Below, in pieces: positions 1-12,304 of a stretch of 64,000 nucleotides of DNA. This DNA is from Octopus sinensis. Its lineage: Eukaryota. Position numbers and translations under genes: made by a program. The stretch is taken from the NCBI RefSeq assembly GCF_006345805.1, contig NW_021832432.1:558001-622000 (forward strand). Reading direction: 5' to 3'. Positions within the stretch are counted from its first letter, which is position 1. Each line of letters begins with the position of its first letter. A model generated the notes under the pieces. The model did no database searches and was not told the DNA's origin. It saw only the letters and a program-made list of their open reading frames with translations.

Positions 1-621
1 GTGGTGGTGGTGGTGGTGATGGTGGAGATGGTGGGGGTGAGGCAGTGACTGAAGATTTCAATGACAGTGGTTGTATTATTATTGCTATTAGTAATGGTTG
101 TGGTTGTGATGGTAGTAAGAGGGGTGGGTCGGAATTATGAAGCTGATGACGATGGTGGTGGTTATGGTGATGGTGGTGAAGGTAGTGGGTGGCATCATGT
201 GATGAAGATGATGGCAGTGGTATTATTACTGTTATTAACTATTGTTTGTGGTGGTCATCGTAGTGTTTGTGTTGCTGAGAATGATTATGGTGATGGTTGT
301 GGTGGTGATGGTGGTGATGGTTGCGGTGATGGTTGTGGTTGTGGTGGTGGTGGTGGTGGTGGTGGTGGTGGTTGTGATGATTGTGGCGCTGGTGGTGGTC
401 GTGGTGCTGGTGAGAATGATTATGGTGATGGTTGTGGTGATGGTGGTGACGGTGGAGACGATACCAATGGTGGTATTGATGGTGGAAACTGTATAAATAT
501 TAGTGGTAGTGGTGATGGTACCAGTTTTAGTAGTGGTTACATTATTAGTAGAATGGGTCTTGGCAGGGGTATCAGCGATTTTATTGGTGATGTTAATGGT
601 ATTAAAATCAGTAGTAGTAGT

Positions 622-662
<41 letters not shown>

Positions 663-667
663 CAGTT

Positions 668-713
<46 letters not shown>

Positions 714-729
714 CGGTGGTGGTGGCGGC

Positions 730-763
<34 letters not shown>

Positions 764-1050
764 AGAGGATTAGAGGAAGAGCTGGAATGTGTAAATGGTG
801 CAATAAGAGATGAAAGAAAGAAAGAAAGAAAGGAAGAAAGACGGAGAGCCAAGTATAAGCACCATCATAGCAGAATAAGTAGAATATAGGAGATGGTGGT
901 GGTGGAGGGGAGGAGGAGAAGAAGAAATAAAAAGAGGGATCAAAGAAAAAGAAAGAAGAGGATGTGATGAATGAAAGAAGAGAATGATGGATAGAACAAC
1001 AAAAAGAAGGTTTGACAAAGAAAGGAAGGAAAGATGTAAGAGAGGAAAAA
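1..1050. repeat. Low-complexity tract: (GGT/GAT)n, (AGT/AGC)n, purine-rich (GAAA)n
   Basis: Direct reading; produces the poly-V/G/S/T ORFs at 61-889 on both strands. Confidence 0.95.
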
Positions 1051-1182
1051 TGGCCCTTGTGATAAGAAGCTCGCTTTTCAATCAGATGGTTGCAAGTTCA
1101 GTCCCATTGTGTGGCATCTTGGGTAAATGTCTTCTAGTTTAGCCCCCTGACCAACCAATGTCTTGTGAGTGAATTTGGTATA
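1051..1182 (+). mobile_element. SINE family A, degenerate 5' head
   Basis: Matches the tRNA-like head and GGCAAGTGTCTTCT...GTGAGTGGATTTGGTA body of full copies (e.g. 42979-43460). Confidence 0.75.
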
Positions 1183-1397
1183 TACGAGGTGGGTGTTGAA
1201 AAGTTCCTGGCTTGAAGGGTATCGCAAAAGGCTTGGCTGGAGGCTCAACTTACCAAGTTTTGTTTTTTTCAGAAAAACTGAAGGACCCCTGGAATAAGTG
1301 TGATTCTGAGAGGGGAATATGTTGTATAAAATCATAATTAACTGATCCTCTAGTGTTTTCTTTTACCCAAAGCTAGGAACTTTTCATCCCCCACCCA

Positions 1398-1404
<7 letters not shown>
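1183..1404. mobile_element. Mariner-type MITE
   Basis: TIRs TACGAGGTGGGTGTTGAAAAGTTCCTGGCTT / AAGCTAGGAACTTTTCATCCCCCACCCACATTGTA; same family at 49324-49536 and 49970-50175. Confidence 0.8.
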
Positions 1405-1438
<34 letters not shown>

Positions 1439-1910
1439 CATATATAGTACAAAGTAAGATAGGGGTTATGGGTTACAGCTGTAAGAAGTAATTTTTAGGA
1501 TTTCATTAATTTATACTATGACTTTTAAATCTGTATTGGTATTATTATCTTACCTATTGATTTATATAATATTTTTGTATGCTTTTGATGTTCGCATTTG
1601 AAAAATGAATAAATAATCCAACATTATAATATCTGTAAGTTGATGAACAAACCAAATTTGCTTCTCCATTTTCTTATTTGTAGTATATATATATATATAT
1701 ATATCCTTATCCTCTTGGAGATTTTGGGTAAAATTATACTAATGTGTCTTAATTTAATTAAATTCTATGTCTTCATGCAGCTGAAGATTGCTCTACATTT
1801 TAAATTGATGTAATGAAATGATTGCCTTGTTCAATTAAATGGAGTCGCATGAAACAATCGTACTGCATTACCTCTGGATATCCTTGTTGCATATTTTGAT
1901 ATATATATAT

Positions 1911-2254
1911 AAAGGGGTAAACCCCTCCCCCTGTTTGTCATGAATAACCATGGGATTGCACCTCGGAAGTTCCTCTCAAAGGCACAAGTCCAGACAAAGT
2001 TGTTTATGGAAGAGCAACAGTCGCCCATGCATACCAGCCTCCCCTCTCCACGCCACCAATGTTACCCAAGGGAAAGGCAAAGGCTGATATAGCTTGGCAC
2101 CAGTGATGTCACAACTCACTTCTACAGCTGAGTGAACTGGAGCAAAGTGAAATAAAGTGCCTTGTTCAAGAACACAATACACAGCCCAGTCTGGAAATCA
2201 AACTGACTATCTCATGATTGTGAGCCCAATGTTCTAACCACTGAGCCAAACGCA
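1911..2254 (-). mobile_element. SINE family C (tRNA-derived)
   Basis: Reverse complement of the copy at 32283-32620; head GGCTCAGTGGTTAGA with B-box-like segment. Confidence 0.85.
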
Positions 2255-2280
2255 CATACACACACACACACATATGTATG

Positions 2281-2337
<57 letters not shown>

Positions 2338-2408
2338 GTATGTATATATATATGTATGTATATATAATATATATATATGTATGTATATATATATATATAT
2401 ATATGTAT

Positions 2409-2468
<60 letters not shown>

Positions 2469-2520
2469 ATATATATATATATATGTATTTGTATATAATG
2501 TGTGCATGTGTATGTCTTCA
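2255..2520. repeat. (CA)n/(TA)n/(TATG)n microsatellite
   Basis: Direct reading. Confidence 0.95.
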
Positions 2521-2740
2521 TGTTAGTGTCTGTACCCTACCATCGGTTAATAACTGGTGTTAGTTTGTTTATGTCCCTGTAACTTACCAGTTTAGTAAAA
2601 AGAGACCAATAGTATAAGTACCAGACTTTTTAAAATAGAGTAAGTGCTGGGGTTAATTTGTTCAACAAAGCCCTTCAAGGTAGTGCCCCAGCATGGCCAC
2701 AGTCAAATGAGTGAAATAAGTAAAAGATAAAAAGAAAAAA
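2521..2740 (+). mobile_element. SINE family A, 3' half
   Basis: AAAAGAGACCAATAG...GGTGCCCCAGCATGGCCACAGTCAAATGA tail. Confidence 0.8.
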
Positions 2741-2847
2741 GGCAGAAGAAAAAGAGAAGTGACAAAAGAAAAGGAAAGAATAGTAGAATAGCAGGATAAC
2801 AATAAGAGAGGAGGAAGAAGAAGCAAATGTAAAGCAGTAGAATAATG

Positions 2848-2935
2848 GAATAAGAAATAATAGCGTGAGAGGGATAAAGTAATAGAATAAGAAATAATAG
2901 CGTGAGAGGGATAAAGTAATAGAATAAGAAATAAT
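2848..2935 (+). repeat. 37-bp tandem repeat, about 2.4 copies
   Basis: Unit GAATAAGAAATAATAGCGTGAGAGGGATAAAGTAATA. Confidence 0.9.
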
Positions 2936-3117
2936 AATGGGAGATATTAGAACAAGATAATAGGGGAATATTAGAACAAAATATATTGGTAGAAGAGGGG
3001 GAATGGGAATAATAGAATAGTGGAATAAAGAACTTGTAGAGGAAGTAAGAGAAGTGACAGAAGCAAGCAGAGAATATTGGAATTGTGGAATAGGTATAAG
3101 AGGAACAGTAAAAAAAA

Positions 3118-3480
3118 TACGTTATTTACATTATTTACATTTGACGGGCATTTGTCCTCATCTTGTTTGTTGTTAACACTTTTCAGCTGATATACCCTCC
3201 AGCCTTCTTCAGGTGTCTTTGGGAAATTTTGAACCTGGGTTCTCATTCCTAGGGTATTTTTCGATGTTGTTGTTATTATTATTATTATTATTATTATAAA
3301 TCTAATATTTTTCTATCCTTCCGTAATACCAGTTCTCATATGCTGCTCATATCTGTACTCGGTCTAGAGGGTATATCAGCCGAAAGGTTGTGTTAACAAC
3401 AAACAAGATGAGGACAAATATCCATCGAATGTAAATAATGTAAATAATGTACATAATTCCTCATCTCTTAAATATAGAAC
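3118..3480. mobile_element. Foldback short element with hammerhead-like motif (PLE-derived, inferred)
   Basis: Inverted arms ~3121-3200 and ~3366-3450; minus arm reads GACAC CTGAAGA A GGCTG GAGGGTATAT CAGCT GAAA. Confidence 0.65.
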
Positions 3481-3529
3481 AGTGAAAAATAAACTAGAAT
3501 GTTTTTCTTTTGGTTCTCATTTCAGTTTG

Positions 3530-3835
3530 TTATGTTCTTTCTCTTTTAGGTTGTTGTGGTTGGGAAGAAGGTTTCTCAAACACACGGCCATGCTTGTACC
3601 TCTCTAAGCCACACCTGTAAAGAAAATTGATAGGTCAATCAGTTAAATTCATAACCTGGGAGAGCAAGTAAAGTGTACTCTAGTAACTGATTTCTACAAC
3701 CTTGATGCATTCCTTCTTGCAATTTTCCATACATAATCATCTTTGGCCATCAATGATCTGTCATTTTTATGAATGAGATTAGACCAGCCCATCACAGATG
3801 GGTTGGTCAGCTTCAGCCTCAGTGCTGTGGAATTT
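3530..3835 (-). pseudogene. RTE-type LINE ORF C-terminal fossil
   Basis: Frameshifted minus-strand pieces HL*WAG, MIMYGKLQEG and KHGRVFEK...KRER follow the order of RTE C-terminal motifs (QLRWAGH / ILYGEL..G / HKG..TFE...KRER). Confidence 0.55.
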
Positions 3836-4612
3836 GATCTAGTCTGGTCTGGTCTGGTCTGAACTGGACACTAAATGATAGACATAAATCAGTAAATGAC
3901 AGCTTGGTATTAATGGTAATATATATTTTTTTACAATTGACATTGGCATTTTTATCATTGTAGTGTAAAGTTAGATGTGAAGTGCTCATTATGAAATACG
4001 ATCTTAACACCTATTCCTTCACTACTTTTCCAATAATAAGCTGCACCTAGCCAACACCAAACAACATGATATACACCAAAACTACACTAACCCAACAAAA
4101 TAAACCAGACTCAGCAATAAAACACACCAATTTCAACATTATTCACGCTGGTTTTCTCAACTGTCAATAAATTATTTAAGATAAAATACTTTCGCAGACA
4201 GAATATTGATGAAAAAAGTTTATTAGTTCGTCAGTGATGGAGTTTTGCAGAAATATATGTTATGATAATAACTGGTCTTGTTGGTAGATTTATTAATGAA
4301 TCAGTGATCAAATTAACTTATAGTCTTGCACTTAACCGAAGCCTAACAATCTCAGAACAACCCAGAAACATTAGAGATTACCTCTTACTCCTGTATAATT
4401 CTGTGTTTATTAAATGAGTCCTTGTGAAGGTGATGTGTGAAAAGTTCAGCTTTATTACTGAAAACTTAATGATAATTTTATAGTCTTGTGCTTGTAAATT
4501 TTGCACAGCTAATTGGTGTGATAAGCAATAATGATGATAATGATGATGGTGGTGTTGGTGATGGTAGTGGTGTTGATGTTGATGATGATGATGATTATTA
4601 TTATTGCTATTT

Positions 4613-5062
4613 AAGGCAGTGAGCTGGCAGAATCATTAAAACACCAGGGAAAATGCTTAGCAGCATTTCATCAGTCCTTAAGTTCTGAGTTCAAATGCCG
4701 CCAAGGTCGACTTTGCCTTTCATCCTTTCAGGGTCGATAAATTAAGTACCAGTGAAAGACAAGAGTAGATGTAATCAACTAGTTCCCTCCCACCAAATTT
4801 CAGGCCTTGTGCCTATAGTAGAAAATATTATTATTATTATCATCATCGCTATATGCTAGCAATATCGTTAGTAATCTGGGTAAAATGGTAAGTGGTATTT
4901 TGTCCATCATTACATTCTGAGTTCAAATTCTGCTGAGGTCAAATTTGCTTTTCATCCTTTAAGGATTGATAAATTAGGTACCATTGAAACACTGGGGTCG
5001 ATGTAATCGACTAGTCCCCTCCTCCAAAATTTCAGGCCTTGTGCCTATAGTAGAAAGGATTG
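4613..5062 (+). mobile_element. Two tandem SINE family B copies (tail type 2)
   Basis: Head GGCAGTGAGCTGGCAGAA, core GAGTTCAAAT...CCTTTCATCCTTTC...AATTAAGTACCAG, tail CAGGCCTTGTGCCTATAGTAGAAA; copies 4613-4840 and ~4850-5062. Confidence 0.85.
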
Positions 5063-5406
5063 ATTTCAATACCTTGGCTGTAAAATACGAATCCACAGGA
5101 TGCTGACTCTCAGATAAGATTTTTTTAATTTCAACCCGCTAACTACTTCGTATTTCTGCGCGTATCATAAACCCTTATTAGTTCTCTCTATTCTGTCTTA
5201 TTCTGTCTATTTCAGCACCATGCCATCATGTAAATATAGTTCTAGAGTTTTGTCTTACTTATCGATGTCTAAGATAACCTTAGCTCACGCATTTCCTTAA
5301 TCTGCAACATATGAAACACCACCAAGCATTTTGGTTAGCATACTAACAATTCAATTCTGCCAGCTCACCTCCATGTATGTATGTGTATATATATATATAT
5401 ATATAA

Positions 5407-5730
5407 ATTAGAAAAAAACCCCACCTTTCATCAATTCAAAATGAACAATTAAATTACACCATCTAGAAAATTACATATAATAGAAATATTAAAATTAAAA
5501 TAACAATAAAATGTCAAGGATTAAGTAAATTGCAAAACAATAATAATAATTTGTTCCTACAAATTATATACGTTTTTATTATTATTTATTATTATTATTT
5601 TTTTGCAATTTACTTAATCATTGACATTTTATTGTTATTTTAATTTTGATATTTCTATTATATGTAATTTTCTAGATGGTGTAATTTAATTGTTCATTTT
5701 GAATTGATAAAAGGTGGGGTTTTTTTCTAT
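5407..5730. repeat. AT-rich foldback palindrome, ~130-bp arms
   Basis: AGAAAAAAACCCCACCTTTCATCAATTCAAAATG... mirrored by ...CATTTTGAATTGATAAAAGGTGGGGTTTTTTTCT. Confidence 0.9.
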
Positions 5731-5836
5731 TTTTTTTCTAATTTTCTATATATATATTATATTGTGGGAAATTTGATTTAGTATTTCTAAATTGAATTTT
5801 TTTCCTTGTAAGTTTGGATTTTATTCCCTCAAATAA

Positions 5837-5880
<44 letters not shown>

Positions 5881-5881
5881 T

Positions 5882-6040
5882 ATAAAGAAAGCAGAAAATG
5901 GAGAAAAATTGATGAACAACAATTGACTTACATCAATTATTATTTACTATTTATTAAAAATAATAAATAATAAATAAATAATGATTGATGTAAGTCAATT
6001 TGTTGTTCATCCATATTTCTCTATTTTCTGTTTTCTTTAA
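5882..6040. repeat. Foldback palindrome, ~55-bp arms
   Basis: AAAGAAAGCAGAAAATGGAGAAA...GACTTACATCAAT / ATTGATGTAAGTC...TTTTCTGTTTTCTTT. Confidence 0.85.
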
Positions 6041-6223
6041 ATTTTGATTCTTGATAAACTCATATTTATCCTTGTTTTTACCTATAATTTCTGAGCATAA
6101 TATTCTTGCATATGTATGCCCATGGTTAAACACAGGTAATATACCAATAGTATAATGGATACTTCTATCCCTTAGATGGTTATTTTAACCTCTAACTCAC
6201 TCAGCTAACCTATATATATATAC

Positions 6224-6285
<62 letters not shown>

Positions 6286-6287
<2 letters not shown>

Positions 6288-6451
6288 TAAGTGTAGGAAG
6301 AAATGGAGCTGAACGAAAATTTAACAAAATTCCTTTATATTATTTTCCACATATGTTTCGAAGGCTGCAAAGTCCCTAATATGTAGAAAATAATATAAAG
6401 GAATTTTGTTAAATCTTCGTTCAGCTCCATTTCTTCCTACACTTAATATAT
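6286..6451. repeat. Foldback palindrome, ~65-bp arms, adjoining (TA)n
   Basis: ATTAAGTGTAGGAAGAAATGGAGCTGAACGAA... / ...TTCGTTCAGCTCCATTTCTTCCTACACTTAAT. Confidence 0.9.
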
Positions 6452-7065
6452 AAAACTTCAAATTTCCACACTAAGGCAGGGTTTTTATGCCCCATGGTCG
6501 TAACTTCAACCGTGCGTTTTCTGTTGTGATTTTTGCTACCCAGGTATCGGTTATCATTTGAATTATCCGTAATAAGATAATTAATTTATCTACTTCAATA
6601 ATATATATATATATAATATATATATATATTATATATATATTATATATATATATATTTATAATATCGTTTTTTTTTCCAGAAAAACATAAAAATGGAGAAG
6701 CACACTCCAGGAAGTAGAGCAGTCTATATTTATTACTGGAGAAGGCCTGTTTATAGGGTTACCCTGGGTTTCTTGCCATAAGGAGTATCTTTATGGTGTA
6801 TCATTAGACCCTGAGACTTGTTGGCCTATGGCCTCTTTAAAGTATGGTGAGGGGGAAACGAAATGGATATCAACAATGGGGGTTGTCTCCCTCTTCTGGT
6901 AGTTATCGCTGGTCATTGGCTTCTGGCTATGTCATCCTCCTTCAGCTACGCCACCTGTCAGTTGTGAGGGTAGAAGGTCGGGGGTTATGTCTCACTCTCA
7001 TCAGCAATCAATTTCCATATATACTGATAGAGAATTCAGTCTGGAATCTGCCGAAGTCAAGCCAG

Positions 7066-7117
7066 TTCTTGCTGATAAGGCAATGAAATTGCCAAAACTG
7101 ACCGGTCATATAAGGAA
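7066..7117 (+). ncRNA. Decayed type I hammerhead-like motif
   Basis: TTCTTG CTGATAA GGCAA TGAAA TTGCC AAAA CTGACCGGTCA TA TAAGGAA: stems I-III are present, G8 and G12 are mutated to A. Confidence 0.55.
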
Positions 7118-7177
7118 TTCTCGATTGTTTTCTTTTGGATGATTATAGTCTCTGTCAGTATAAACATATACACACAT

Positions 7178-7570
7178 AGGCATAGGCATGGCTGTGTGGT
7201 AAGAAGCCTGCTTCTCAACTACATGGTTCTAGGTTCAAACCTACTGTGTGGCACCTTGGGTAAATGTCTTCTACTATAGCCTCGGGCTGACCAAAGCCTT
7301 TTGAGTGGATTTGGTAGACAGAAACTGAAAGAAGCCCATTGTATATATAGATGTGTATATATGTTTATGTGTGTGTGTGTCTTTGTGTCTGTGTTTGTTC
7401 CCCCACCATCACTTGACAACCATTGTTGGTGTGTTTATGTCCCTGAAACTTAACAGTTTGGCAAAAGAAATTGATAGAATAAGTACTAGGGGTCAATTTG
7501 TTCGACTAAAGGTGGTGCTCCAGTATGGTCACAGTCAAATGACTGAAACATGAAAAAGGGTAAAAGAGTA
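7178..7570 (+). mobile_element. SINE family A
   Basis: Head GGCTGTGTGGTAAGAAGC, internal (TA)(TG) tract, tail GGTGCTCCAGTATGGTCACAGTCAAATGACTGAAAC. Confidence 0.9.
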
Positions 7571-7594
7571 AATATATATATATATATATATATG

Positions 7595-7629
<35 letters not shown>

Positions 7630-7840
7630 AAGAAAGAGAGAGAGAGAAATAGAAAGAGAGAGAGAGAAAAAGAGAGAGAGATGTTTATATATACATATAT
7701 ATTTATACATACATGTGTATGTGTGTCTGTGTGTTCATGTGTGTGTGTGTGTGTGTGTGTGTAAGGAGAAAAGTGGCTTTAGTTGATTGTTCCCATGAAA
7801 ATTAAGAGTAGAATTTTGACATCGTTAATCAAAGACAAGA

Positions 7841-8073
7841 TTAACCCTTTCGTTACCAACCCGGCTGAAACCATCTCTGACTCTGAGTGCAAATGTCTTG
7901 TTTTCATAAGTTTTGAATCAAAATCTTCCACCAAACCTTAGTCACAATTAATGTTCCTAACACTAGCTGAATGATAACTAAGTTATGTTACTAAATTCTT
8001 TGTTATATTGAAAGTAATTGAAAGAAACACAGAGTATCTCAAAATAAATACAGTATGGATAACAAAAGGATAA
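7841..8073 (+). mobile_element. piggyBac-like MITE
   Basis: TTAA-CCCTTTCGTTACC terminus; second copy in reverse at 63149-63378 ending GGTAACGAAAGGG-TTAA. Confidence 0.75.
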
Positions 8074-9239
8074 TCAAGAATGATGAGTTGGCAGAATCAG
8101 TAACATGACAGATAAATGTCCTGTAGTGTTTAGTTACATTCTCTGAGGTTCTGAGTTCAACTCTCACTCTGATCAACTTTGCCTTTCTTCTTTTCTAGGG
8201 TTACTAAAATAATGTGAAATACTAAGGGCAATTTAACCAGGTATACTCTGCTCAGAATATACATGGCTTTATATCAATGCTAGGCATTATCAATAAAAAT
8301 ATAGAAACAACATACAAGCACATACATATAAATGTTTAAAAAGTTCTTGGAAATAAGTAGGAAACTTTTGGCATGCACTATAGAATCAATTAAAGAGCTA
8401 AAAGATATTGTCAATTTATTAAACTTTCATTTGCTGGTAACTGTGCAAGGATATCGTATTGCAATAATTTTGCCTTTAGGTCAACAACCATTTTAACTGT
8501 TTACCTAAATCAATCAGAAATCTGGAAATGATACCTGTTGAAGTTTCTTCAAAAAAACACTTAGGGATATCTTAGTAATATGCTTGCTCAACAGACTAGA
8601 ATCCAAACAGAATAGCCTCTGGCAATTCAATGAGACATCAACAACAAACAGATGAAGAACAGAATCATTGATAAATGAGTGTAAAAATATTGATTTTCAT
8701 TTCCCATATAATAACAGGGATGTAGTTGACTAAATCAATGCTGATATATTACAGTAATGGATTACATTTCACCCCAAAGGGAAAACTTCTCCTTATTTTT
8801 ATGGTTTAATCAGAGAAAGAAAGGCAGCACCTGTGAATTTTTGCAGGTTGCGAAAGGAGAAAGCTACCCTCACGTCAGAGTTATTCTCAGGCTGGAATTG
8901 GTCTCAAACAGGAATTACTCCGACACTGGAGTGACTCCGATGCTAGAAGCCTAATCTGAATGCTTCTGATTGAGTGAACTCTGTGAAATGGCTATGAGGC
9001 CCTGCTAAATCAGGTGACAGATTAACTCTACTATCCAAAGACAGAAACAGTTTCTTCAAGGTTTCTGTTTACCACACTCACCCCACCAGCACTTGCCTGG
9101 TGCTAAAATTTTATCGACCTGGGAAGAATGAAAAGGGAAGTTTACTCCAGTTCTATTTGAACTCAGAACAAGAAAGAGATTAAATAACTAAATAACAAGA
9201 TGGCCTTTTATCTGATACTCTATAAATATTATTTCTAAT

Positions 9240-9430
9240 ATGGGCACAAGGCCTGAAATTTGGAATGAGGCAGAGACTGAGTCAATATCATTAACCCCAG
9301 TATTTGACTGGTACAGGATGAACAACAAAGTTTGACCTTTGAAACTAGAATGTCAGAATGTGAAGTGTTGTAATACATACTACAAGGCATCTATTCCATT
9401 GCTCTAACAACTCTCTCAACTCATTGTCTT
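9240..9430 (-). mobile_element. SINE family B, degenerate
   Basis: GGCACAAGGCCTGAAATT tail-2 reverse complement and head remnant. Confidence 0.7.
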
Positions 9431-9454
9431 CTGATGCTTTGGATCAATACTTCT

Positions 9455-9660
9455 ATTATGGACTGTGGCCATACTGGAGTACTGCCTTGAAGGGTTTTAG
9501 CTGATCATATCAACCCCAGTACTTAACTTTAAGTCTGGCACATGTCATATCAATATCAGTTTGTACCAAACTATTAAGCTGCAGAACTTGAACACAGAGC
9601 ACTGCTTCTCAGGTGGTGTCAACATAAAACAAACACAGAAGTGAGTACATTCACATACAC
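9455..9660 (-). mobile_element. SINE family A, 3' part, degenerate
   Basis: GACTGTGGCCATACTGGAGTACTGCCTTGAAG tail reverse complement. Confidence 0.65.
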
Positions 9661-10139
9661 ACACAAAAACACATACCTGTGTATTTACACACATTCATTT
9701 AATGTACATTATATTAAAACAAGAGCTATTGATAGCTTTTTGTTATTGAGACACGTGGTTAGATAGATTTTCATAACATGCTTTGTGTCTCCAAACAAAC
9801 TTCAGTCCCTGGATACATGGTTTGTTTTATTTCAGTAGAACAAACCATGTGTTACAAGTAGCTTCTTGCCATTAAGTCATGGGGCTAGGCAGATTTTCAT
9901 AATTTCAATAGAACAAACCATGTACCCAGACAGAGCCTGCAGATTGCACCAAGACACAAGGTACATTACGGGAATCTGCCTTATCACATGTCTCCATGGT
10001 AAGAAACTGTTAGTTTCTCTTATTTTAATACTGTGTACATTAAATGATATTCAGTTCTCACTAGATGGAGTTAATTTTTGTTGATCAACCCTTAATGGAA
10101 CAGTAAACTGTTTACATACATATATATGATACATACATA

Positions 10140-10361
10140 TCTTTTATTTTTTTCATCTTATACTTCTTTCAGTTAATGGACTGCGGCCATGCTGGAACAC
10201 TGACTCGAAGGGTTTAGTCAAACAAATTAATACAGTGACTTACTTTTTAAAGTCTGCTACTTACACTGTCAGTCTCTTTTGCCAAACAGCTAAGGCATGG
10301 AAACATAAGTAAACCAAAACTGGATGCCAAGTGGTGGGGGAACAAACACAAAGACATGCAT

Positions 10362-10402
<41 letters not shown>

Positions 10403-10630
10403 CACACAAGAAATAGGTAAAAAGACTGATCAATAGATGGACACAGACAGACATTCAGACAGACAAAAAGATATAGATACAACAAGCTTTCACACACTTT
10501 CCATGTACCAAACAACCAAATTCATTCTCAAAGCACTGGTCAGTCAGGGACTACCGTAGAAGACACTTGCCCAAGGTGCCATGCAGTGGCACTGAACCCA
10601 AAACCATGTGGTTGCAAAGCAAGCTTCCTC
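10140..10630 (-). mobile_element. SINE family A with expanded internal (CA)n
   Basis: Tail at 10140-10210, body AGAAGACACTTGCCCAAGGTGCCATGCAG, head at ~10600-10630. Confidence 0.8.
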
Positions 10631-11689
10631 ACCAGACAGCCACACACACCCACACACATACACACATGTGTTTGTATGTGTGTGTTTGTGTGTGTGTTAC
10701 TGTCTCCCTGCCTTGATTTGCATGATAGTTGTAAACAAGTGTCACTGTTGTGTTAGCGGTGCCCTTCATTTACAATCTTCTGTGAAAACATGTCTGATCA
10801 TCGGGTAATATTACTTCACCTGGAAATGAGTGAGGGTTTCTATTTATGAATTTCACACACAAGTTATTGTAGAATACAACCGACCTCTGTATCATATAGT
10901 GGAACCAAATCCAAAATTACATGGTTTCATAGCGTCTTATCAGAAGCAACTGACATTACATTTTAGGTCTGGCTTCCTTAGCATGACCACCTGAGACACT
11001 GGATATTACCTCACTATTTTCCTTATGTTCTACCCTTAGATCTACTGCCAGTTGACCCAATTTGAAGAATCCTTAAAGATCATTTTATAAAATAAATATC
11101 ACATGGTATTTTTAGAATGTATAGCATATTCTGCTGTTACTGTCCTTCCGTATTTGTTATTCTCAGTAATGTCTCACACACATATATACACATGAAGATG
11201 TCTTACACATACATACCACAGTGTCGAGTGTCTCATGTAATATTTTATACTGATAAGGAGGCCTTTTGATCACATGACATCTTGTGATTGAACTGAAATT
11301 GACATAAACTGTATGGAGATCACTTGAATAGACTGTATCTCACATGACCAGTTAGACTATCAAATGTTACACATCTCTAGTCACAATATATTTTGCAATG
11401 TTTTAGCCTTTGAATGATGCCACTCAGCTGAGTAGGCAAACAGACCAACATTCTTCTTTGATAAAATGAAGCTTTTTACTCAAGAATACAATGCACTGAC
11501 TGGTCTGGGAATTGAACCTATGATCTAGCGATTGTAAGTGCAATAGCCTAAGCACTAGACCACACATTTTCACATGAGTATATATATATATATATATATA
11601 AATAAAAGAGAGATTCTGTCCATTTGTGTGACTGTTTATTTGTTTGTCCACCAAAATGTAAGTAAATGGTTCAAGGGAAGCTGTTATGT

Positions 11690-11880
11690 TTTTCTATATC
11701 TCCTCTTATGCTATTACCTAATTTGTCTCAACAAAAATTATGTAGTGCTACAACACTAATTGTGCACAAACCTATGAGGAACTGCATTGAGGCAAATATT
11801 CTCACTGGTTGTGGTAAAGGTTATACTGTCTTATTTCCTTGCACACGTGTTATACCAGTTTCTGGAGAGATTGGATCTTT
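11690..11880 (+). pseudogene. Helitron Pif1-type helicase C-terminal fragment
   Basis: MLLPNLSQQKLCSATTLIVHKPMRNCIEANILTGCGKGYTVLFP resembles the Helitron motif MLLRNL..KLCNGTRL.V..L..N.IEA.ILTG..KG..V.IPRI. Confidence 0.75.
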
Positions 11881-12246
11881 TCTTTGGTGGCATATTTTTT
11901 CAATATTGTAAACCAAAAATTATGACCACAGAAGAAATTATACAGTAATCTCTATTATTGTAAGCAATTGTGTGTCTTTATTTTTGTACACAGTATAAAT
12001 TAACCAAATATAAGCACATGTATGAACTACTAATCTAATAGCAAATTTGCAACTGCTGCAATAATTAGTAACTAGTAACCGAATGGTAAATGTGTATTTT
12101 ATATACCTTTGAACTGCCACCTCATTGATTTTTGTCAAGAGTTTCTTCACCTCCTGCTGTGAAAATACACACATTTAGGAGGAGTAAATTATATATATAA
12201 TAATACTTTGAATGTGGCTCCCGGGCAACAATGGGTATTGCTGCTA

Positions 12247-12300
<54 letters not shown>

Positions 12301-12304
<4 letters not shown>

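Noticed and set aside
61-889. Long ORFs (250 aa, 205 aa) at the window start
   Set aside because: They are products of trinucleotide repeats, open on both strands, with no domain content.
3530-3614. Apparent terminal exon on the minus strand (tttctttacag|G...CGLERYKHGRVFEKPSSQPQQPKRERT*)
   Set aside because: The peptide and upstream frames line up with RTE C-terminal motifs, so an RTE fossil is the simpler explanation.
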